A stretch of 64,000 bases of DNA from Alphaproteobacteria bacterium (lineage in GTDB: Bacteria; Pseudomonadota; Alphaproteobacteria; UBA8317), in the NCBI GenBank assembly GCA_038131935.1, contig JAYPQH010000030.1:64001-128000 (forward strand), written 5' to 3'. Below are positions 57,220 to 64,000 of the stretch, in pieces; the first letter of the stretch is position 1; every line of letters begins with the position of its first letter. The notes under the pieces were generated by a model. It made no database searches and was not told the origin of the DNA. It worked only from the letters and a program-made list of their open reading frames with translations. The position numbers and the translations under genes are program-made.

Positions 57220-58045
57220 TTGATGGCGTTTCATTTGTTGGCCTTAACTCGGCCGGAGTTCCTGGGATGATTTTAAAATCAGAATTATCTACCTCTGCAA
57301 ACAGCTTTCTCAGTCCACTCGCCGCATCTACCAGCGGAGATACGTAAGTTATTAAAGCTCTTCTTTCTACTACTTCTCCATGTTGCATTAACCGGAGGAT
57401 GGCTTCCTCTGTGGCCATGAAACGATAGTCTTGAGATATAGGGAAGGTACCCACAAAGCGGATTGTGGACACGTCGACAACGTTGACTAGTGTTTCTTGA
57501 GGTTGAATGGTCTCGCCTCTTTCGCCATGCACAAATGTAACGACCCCAGTCACCGGTGAAGTTAGTTGTTTTTGCTCGAAATACTGTTCAGCAAGTTTGT
57601 GATCAATTTCAGCTAGCCTCTTTGAAGCAATCAACGACTCCAACTGTGCCTTAGCAGCGCTGAGTGCGAGTTCTTCATCTTCGAGTTGCTTGACTGAGAT
57701 ACCACCCGTTTCAGCTAAAATCCTTCCCTCAGACACTTGTTTGGCTAGCACATCTATTCTTCCTCTTACCTCTCTTAATTCGGATTGGTCTTTCAAGATG
57801 ATCCACTTTCTTTGACGTTCCAAATTTTCAATTGAGCGATCCAGTTCTAGTAAGACTTCTCCAGCTGTTATCTGATCACCTTCAGTAACAAATATTTTAT
57901 CGATAGTCCCTTGCACTGGAAAGCTTAAACTAGCCTGGCTCTTGGGCTCTGTGATACCAATTGCAAGCCCTTCTCCATAAGCAGACGAAATATAACAAAG
58001 ACATAGAAAGGTGGGGAAAATAAGCTTGGGTAGGTAGTGACCCAT
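57212..58045 (-). CDS. Efflux RND/HlyD periplasmic adaptor subunit
   Basis: Signal peptide, LSFPVQGTI..V.EGD, coiled coil, SPVTGVV, SPLVD..SG. Confidence 0.88.
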   Translation of the reverse strand: MGHYLPKLIFPTFLCLCYISSAYGEGLAIGITEPKSQASLSFPVQGTIDKIFVTEGDQITAGEVLLELDRSIENLERQRKWIILKDQSELREVRGRIDVLAKQVSEGRILAETGGISVKQLEDEELALSAAKAQLESLIASKRLAEIDHKLAEQYFEQKQLTSPVTGVVTFVHGERGETIQPQETLVNVVDVSTIRFVGTFPISQDYRFMATEEAILRLMQHGEVVERRALITYVSPLVDAASGLRKLFAEVDNSDFKIIPGTPAELRPTNETPSNE

Positions 58046-58046
58046 G

Positions 58047-59573
58047 TCACTTTTGTCCAAAAATGTTGTTGACCTGCTCACTCAAATCCCCTTGCGCTGA
58101 GTAAAGCTGAATGAAAGCCTTTGCATATTGGGTCGACGCTTCAACTTCATTAATAGTTGCTTCTAAATTTTTCTCCTCAGACTGCAAAACCTCGATTATG
58201 TTTCCTCTGCCTTGCGCTAAACGTAACGAGGCTACTTCGAGTTGTTTTTTTGTTGAGTTAGCAATTTTTCTGGCGTTGAGCCACACTTTCTCTGTCTGAA
58301 GGGCTGTCTTGTGGCCGACTAAAACTTCATTTTCAAGGTTTTGTCGTTGGCCTTGAAGAAGCAACTCTGCTTTACGTTTTTCCAGACTGGCCTTTCTAAT
58401 CTTGGCATTGGCACCTTTGTTGGCGCCCAATGGCATCCTGTACTCTATCGATATTCGGCGCTCTGGATGGCCAGCCATGTCGTTAATCCTCAATGCGCTG
58501 GTGGCAGTTCCTGCTTGTTGAGACCATCCGGCATCCAATCGAATATCGAGTGTGTCACGAGCCATATCTGACGCTTGGTCAAGTTGAAGCAGGGCACGTT
58601 TGATCGCAACTTTTTGTGCTTTGATGTCGTAACGAGTGTTGAGGGCTACGGTATATAGTTGTTGCCAATCTGGTATGTGATAGATCTCTGTCGGGAGTAT
58701 CGATGGATCAAACTGGATTTTATCCACCGTAAGGTTTCCTTCGGGAGCAAGAAGGATGAGTTCGGTTTTGAACCGTATCAAGTCTCGTTCAGTATTTGAT
58801 ATCAGATTCTCCAGCTTATTCAGGTTGATTTCGATATCAATTTCAGACGATCGCGGAAGACGTCCATTTCTGATTAAGGTACTGACCTCCGTTTTGAGTT
58901 TTGTTAAGATGGCTACGCGGGCTTTTAACCTTTCCAAGATTAGTTGGGTTTTTAAGGCATCTATATAAACGATTGCGGCCTGTGTGGTGATCAGGTTCCG
59001 TTGGTCGAGGGTTAAGTGTTCTTGAATTTTAGCTTCCAATTCAGCGATAGCAATATCCATGTTGGTGATTTTGGCTCCTGCACCGCGCATCAGTGGCTGA
59101 ACAATAGATAACCTTAAGTCACTTCGGTACTGATAGTTGTCCATGGTGCCGGCTTTCTGCCTGTTCAAGGATGAATCAATCGAAATCTTCGTGCCGTAGC
59201 TCAACAATTTTGAGACTGTGCCCTTCAAGTCAGTTTGTTTATCAGGATACGGGTCTGGTGATCTTCCTAATAACTGATCTTCAACCGAGAGCGGTGATAG
59301 GGTGTTCCCTGCTGATGATCTTACTGTCAGCTTCGGTTCATAGATCCCAAACTGTTCAATAATATTCTCGCGAGCGACTTCTTCATCAAGCTGCGCCATT
59401 ATGAGTGATCTATTTGAGTTCAGAACCGCATTCAGGAACATTTCAAAGGAGAATGCTTCGGACTTGCCCATAGGTTGACTAGCCAACGAAGGGTTGTGTA
59501 GCCCGAGGCAGAGTGCCAGGGAAAAGTATGTGAACAATTGTCTGTTACAGCCGCAAAATGAACGAGCATTCAA
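58047..59573 (-). CDS. TolC family outer membrane channel (start uncertain, 59573-59681)
   Basis: VQPLMRGAG, helical OEP repeats, P-L-G-N motif, QG.GNIIEVLQ; first gene of the operon. Confidence 0.85.
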   Translation of the reverse strand: MNARSFCGCNRQLFTYFSLALCLGLHNPSLASQPMGKSEAFSFEMFLNAVLNSNRSLIMAQLDEEVARENIIEQFGIYEPKLTVRSSAGNTLSPLSVEDQLLGRSPDPYPDKQTDLKGTVSKLLSYGTKISIDSSLNRQKAGTMDNYQYRSDLRLSIVQPLMRGAGAKITNMDIAIAELEAKIQEHLTLDQRNLITTQAAIVYIDALKTQLILERLKARVAILTKLKTEVSTLIRNGRLPRSSEIDIEINLNKLENLISNTERDLIRFKTELILLAPEGNLTVDKIQFDPSILPTEIYHIPDWQQLYTVALNTRYDIKAQKVAIKRALLQLDQASDMARDTLDIRLDAGWSQQAGTATSALRINDMAGHPERRISIEYRMPLGANKGANAKIRKASLEKRKAELLLQGQRQNLENEVLVGHKTALQTEKVWLNARKIANSTKKQLEVASLRLAQGRGNIIEVLQSEEKNLEATINEVEASTQYAKAFIQLYSAQGDLSEQVNNIFGQK

Positions 59574-59940
59574 AATAAATGGTCTCAGCCGGCGCCAAAA
59601 AAATAGTTCAACATAGCTTGTTCCTACTTCAACGAAGTTATTGTCGATTCCAAAAAGCAATACTTCAAGGATTTTTCCCAAGAACGCTTTTTTTGACGTG
59701 TGAGCGAGCTACCTTTATTTTTCTTATTTCTGATCGCCATAAATCCTCGTTAAAAACACCCAATTATCGTATGAATTATCCATGCATTCCTCACACCACT
59801 CGATATTATAAATCCTTCAACAAATAATTCTACCCAACTGCCAATAAATTCCATATATTGGATCAAGGAAAAAAATAAACCAATAAGTTATTGAAATATA
59901 AATTCTATTTTCGGAGCAGGGCAGGGGTTTTAATTGCTTG

Positions 59941-60601
59941 TCATCTGAGATCATCAATTACACAGGTGCTCATTAGCTCCACCATCAAACTCATCAATTC
60001 GCTTTGATTTTGGGCAAGATCTTGATCAATTTTTATCGCATAAAGATAAACAGCCAGAACGTTAACGACACCGTTACACTTCCCACGATCCATTCTTAAG
60101 CCATGTTTTGCAAAATTTCGGTTAAACCCGTCGCAAATCAAATCGACCTGACTCGGTACATGGGTCATCACCTTTGAAAACGACCTTCTAAATGAGTCAG
60201 AATTATCGACGACACGAGGTGTTTTGGCAGCTTCATGTCCATCGCCAGCGAGTACCGAGCCAACATCTCAAAAAATTGCACAGGGTCTCGCCGCGGAAAT
60301 TGTCGATTTGTAGTGCCAGGCCACGCAGGAAAGAATTTGAGCCAAACTTGTAGCTGCTAAGCAGAAAATCGGGCATCGATTTCCAATTTTTATAGAATGT
60401 TGAAAACCCATATCCAGCTTTCGTGAGAATCGTTCTGATCGTGTAGCGTTTTTCGTCTTTTCCTTCTGCCAACGAATATATTAAAGCGGCTCTCATATGA
60501 TCAGCCGGCGTATGGGAGTGATCTACAGTATCAGACAGAATTTTCTTAAGGCTTTCGTCTACCTTGAATTGCTCGTTTTTGTGAATACTGTCGTTCGACA
60601 T
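59941..60601 (-). CDS. TetR-like transcriptional regulator; two apparent frameshifts (~60284, ~60178)
   Basis: HTH YTIRTILTKAGYGFSTFYKNWKS; adding one base in each of two short runs gives one ORF of about 220 aa. Confidence 0.6.
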
Positions 60602-61118
60602 AGTACATGGATCTCCTTTTATGGCGATAAACAATGGATGAATGGTTACCTGAAAACTTGATCGCAATCCCCACTCTGCCACTGCTATATTCACTGCACG
60701 CAACAAAAAAATAAGAAAGGATCAGCTCAACGAAAAGAATTCAAGGTACAGTGTGTAATTTGAAAAATAACACCCATAAAGCGTAAATTGGTATGGCTGT
60801 TTTAGCAATGCTGTCTATTTTTTACTTGGCAAAGGTGGAATAGCATCTTGCCCAAAATCAAAACGAATTGATCAATATGATGCTGGAGCTAATCAGTCCT
60901 TGTTTGGTTGATAATTTGCCCTATTCAGCAATTAAAAGGTTTGCTGTGCTCCGAGATTATTTATTATATTTCAATTCATTAACGGTATTTTTTTTTGTTT
61001 GATCCAATTAGCTTTATTCTTTGTTAAATGGGTAGAATTATTTATCGGAGAATTTATACTGCTATGTTGTGGAAAAGATGTGAAAATTGTGTAGCAGTAG
61101 TGCATTAGACGAGAATTG

Positions 61119-64000
61119 ATGGCGGCAAAAGGTAAAAAAAATAGACGTAGCTGGCTTACGCGTCAGAAAAAGCGTACATGGGAGAATTCTCGAAGTCTGG
61201 TTGACCGCCTAGAAGACAGGATTTTATTGTCGGCCGATCCTCTGCTTCAGGCGGTGCGTATCGCCTCCGATAGCGAGCCAAGCATAATTTTTGTTGATGC
61301 GGAACAACAAGCCACCACCGTTGAGGTTACCAACAGCAATGTTGGATCGATTTCGCTGGATCTTACATCTCTTGGTGATATGGCGAACCAGAATCCATTG
61401 CTAACGCCGATCGATACAGACTTGGTCCGTCTAGACGCAACCATGCTCGCAATCGAGCTTGGTTTGGGCGATGCCAGTTTGACGGACTTGTCGCTCTCTC
61501 AGGAGAGTGATGGCACGCTTAGGCTTGGTGGTGATGGCGTTGTTGATCTGCTGTTCCAAGCACCAACTGAGAGCCTTGTGATACGTGGAGGGTTGGGTCT
61601 TGATTCGATAGAGCTAGAGTCTTTTTCGGTAGCTACTGCGGACATATTTATTGAAGCGGAACATATCAAGGTTGGTGAGGCAGCAGAGATATCGGTAGGC
61701 GGAGCTCTGACTTTGAATGCCATAGCGGGTTTTACTGAACGCCACACCGGATCCTTAGACGCACTTGCACTAGCCTTTGCCGATTCAACTTACAGTTCTT
61801 CAATCGAGGTTGACGGTAAAGTTTCGGTCTCTGGTGGGATGGTATTTGCCGCAGAAACTTCCCTTGCGCTAGATATTGATCATCAAGGCGATATAACGCC
61901 AGCCATACTGCGTCCAGAATTAGTCTCTGTTGCGTACATTGGAGCGAGTGCCGAACTTAATGCTGGTTGGTTGGAGCTGACCTCTGAAACTTCAGCTGAT
62001 ATTGAGGTGGATGTTGACGGAGGTCTGGGCGTTATCTCGATAGACCTAAACCAAGTTAGTAGGTCGATGGTTTCAGGTGGTGCTAGCCTTCATCTCCATG
62101 AGAATGAAGGCGGGACAGTTCTTCTTGTCGATTCGTTTGGTCAGACCGGCTTAGATGCGCGATTTGCGCCAATTATCAATGATGGTGACCTGCAGGGATT
62201 GATGGCCGGCCAGGATAAAACAACAGATACTGCTGGTTTTGATTTGGCTTATGCTGATTTTGCTATCAACAGAGATGTTTCTGCTGTCCTGGGTGATGGT
62301 CTAGACGTTTTGACAATTGGATCTCTAGATCAGCCAATAGCTGGTAGTATTTCAGTTGGTGCCGGCGCTCTAAATCTTGGTGACGCGGGTCTGAGTGTCT
62401 CCATCGATTCAGACATCACTGGATTGCAGTTGCTGACAGTCACCGATCAAGTCTTGGCGGAAATAAGGCGTGCAGAACTTGACGTGTTTGATATTGAGGT
62501 CCTTGCATATGCTGGCTCGTCAGCGGACTCAACGTCCAAGGTGGTTCAAAATCAGATGTATGGTTCTGTAGTTGCTAGAGTTATAGACTCTAGGCTTGGC
62601 GCCTCAAATGACATCTCAATCTTGGCTACAGATAACTCGACTTCCAGCGCGTTATCCTCCGATTTTGTGGCATCGGGTAGTCAATTGAAAGGCCTTGATA
62701 TTGGTATTGCTTACGCAACTAACCTTTGGTCAAGAGATATTTTGGCTCAGATCATCAATTCGGATGTGACCAGCTCCAATCTTTATTTGGAAGCGCAGGC
62801 ACTTGCCATATTAGACGCAGAAGTTGGGTCTCAAATTGTAGCCGAGGTAACGACGGGCGAGTCTGACCCAAGCTTTTCTATGGGGGGGGCGGTTGCCTCG
62901 AATGAGGTGATGGGCCAGGTCCATGCGACGACGTCCGGTGGCTCTATTAGCGTTAACGGACTCTCTGTCCAAGCTTCCAATCTGATCTCTTTGCATTCCG
63001 ATACCGCCGCGGGTGCGGCATCTGCAGGTGATACCTCGTCTGCATTGGCGTTATCCTTTAATTTAATTGGATACACGATGACCGGAACCGTCGGTATGAT
63101 TGCTGATTCAATACTGGGTGTGGATTCAGGGATCAAAGCAATGCCGCTTCATACCCTTGCTGAACTTCTTGATACTGAGGTGACCGTTAGCGGTGATATG
63201 ACGGTCGATGCTCGCAACGCGCTGTCGGTCAATTCATCCATCGACAGCTCGATCATGGCTGAAGTCGATGACCTGAGCGAAGCAATTGCAGTGGGTGCTG
63301 CTGTTGCATTGTCAACCAACCGATATACGAGCTCTTCAGTCACACGGATAATGGGTATATCAACCGGCCAGGCACGGCCATCATTGATCGTTGGTGGCGA
63401 TCTTTCGATTTCAGCGACAGACGAATCTGAGATCCTATCAAGTTCAGATGTTAGCGTGAATTCATTGGGTGGTGGGATTGCAGCAGGTGCGCTTATTTCC
63501 AATAACCATGTTGATCGAGACGTATTGGTCGACCTATCTAACCGTGACATAGACGTTACTGGAACACTCTCAATGGCTGCACTATCGACCGGTATCCTGC
63601 AGTCGGCTGTAGAAGGTATTATCGAATTACCTGGTGCAATTTCATCGACCGAGCAAGGAGTCGATGATGGTTTAGGTATGAATGCTTTGGTGGCGTCTAA
63701 CACAATGTTGGGTTCAACCATAGTCCAGTCCGATCAGTCAAATATGAATATCGGCGGTGATTTACTGTTGTCTTCAAAAACTTCAGGTTCAATTGATGCA
63801 ACTAACAGTGCTCTGACGTCGTCCTCGGGTCGTTCGGCCGGAGTAACAACAGCTTTTAATTCTATCGGATGGCAGTCGCAGAGCTTTGGCTCTCATTTGG
63901 TCGATGGACTCCTTGGTTCTAGGCTTGCTGATCAAGATCCGCTCAACACAACTGTTGATCTCGATGCGAGTGACATATCGATCAGCGGTGATCTTAATAT
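61119..64000 (+). CDS. Large repetitive exoprotein with N-terminal LEPRxLL-type motif (3' end outside window; not in the ORF track)
   Basis: Manually translated open frame of 960 codons from ATG 61119 to the window end: MAAKGKKNRRSWLTRQKKRTWENSRSLVDRLEDRILLSADP..., rich in S/G/A/D/V/I/L. Confidence 0.9.
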   Translation, partial: MAAKGKKNRRSWLTRQKKRTWENSRSLVDRLEDRILLSADPLLQAVRIASDSEPSIIFVDAEQQATTVEVTNSNVGSISLDLTSLGDMANQNPLLTPIDTDLVRLDATMLAIELGLGDASLTDLSLSQESDGTLRLGGDGVVDLLFQAPTESLVIRGGLGLDSIELESFSVATADIFIEAEHIKVGEAAEISVGGALTLNAIAGFTERHTGSLDALALAFADSTYSSSIEVDGKVSVSGGMVFAAETSLALDIDHQGDITPAILRPELVSVAYIGASAELNAGWLELTSETSADIEVDVDGGLGVISIDLNQVSRSMVSGGASLHLHENEGGTVLLVDSFGQTGLDARFAPIINDGDLQGLMAGQDKTTDTAGFDLAYADFAINRDVSAVLGDGLDVLTIGSLDQPIAGSISVGAGALNLGDAGLSVSIDSDITGLQLLTVTDQVLAEIRRAELDVFDIEVLAYAGSSADSTSKVVQNQMYGSVVARVIDSRLGASNDISILATDNSTSSALSSDFVASGSQLKGLDIGIAYATNLWSRDILAQIINSDVTSSNLYLEAQALAILDAEVGSQIVAEVTTGESDPSFSMGGAVASNEVMGQVHATTSGGSISVNGLSVQASNLISLHSDTAAGAASAGDTSSALALSFNLIGYTMTGTVGMIADSILGVDSGIKAMPLHTLAELLDTEVTVSGDMTVDARNALSVNSSIDSSIMAEVDDLSEAIAVGAAVALSTNRYTSSSVTRIMGISTGQARPSLIVGGDLSISATDESEILSSSDVSVNSLGGGIAAGALISNNHVDRDVLVDLSNRDIDVTGTLSMAALSTGILQSAVEGIIELPGAISSTEQGVDDGLGMNALVASNTMLGSTIVQSDQSNMNIGGDLLLSSKTSGSIDATNSALTSSSGRSAGVTTAFNSIGWQSQSFGSHLVDGLLGSRLADQDPLNTTVDLDASDISISGDLN

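Noticed and set aside
61137-61165. NRRSWL as a Tat signal
   Set aside because: No hydrophobic h-region follows the arginine pair.
61247-63721. Minus-strand ORFs in the track (65-190 aa)
   Set aside because: Antisense shadows of the uninterrupted plus-strand frame starting at 61119.
1-64000. CRISPR arrays, IS elements, integrases, rRNA
   Set aside because: No regularly spaced direct repeats, transposase or integrase motifs, or rRNA sequence seen.

Overview
Alphaproteobacterial chromosomal window, probably from an unpolished long-read assembly: at least 11 genes carry 1-2 nt indels, mostly in homopolymers. Bases 1 to ~47.4 kb are mostly core genome: end of gpmI, fpr, a Liv-type ABC transporter divergent from a CrbS/CrbR-like two-component pair, M17 peptidase-NlpC/P60, yejABEF, cycM, rppH, kdsB-pheA, SRP RNA, dnaX-ybaB-recR, def-fmt-truA, ctpA, dapE-dapD-argB-yihA, ethylmalonyl-CoA pathway genes (mcd, ccr, ecm), gluQ, alkA, yidC-yidD-rnpA-rpmH, a NusG/RfaH paralog and an HNH protein. 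After tRNA-Arg(CCT) at 47414-47490 an accessory region begins. It holds a damaged triuret-hydrolase-like gene plus a cupin, then the most interesting locus: an operon encoding TolC, a periplasmic adaptor, a GAF-adaptor, a PqqD-like/M50 protease/adaptor fusion, a truncated SecA paralog and SapC, with no ABC ATPase in the operon. It is divergent from a large repetitive protein (at least 960 aa, running off the window and absent from the ORF track) with an N-terminal LEPRxLL-type leader (LEDRILLSAD). Together these look like an experimentally uncharacterised SecA-powered, T1SS-like export pathway for giant surface proteins.
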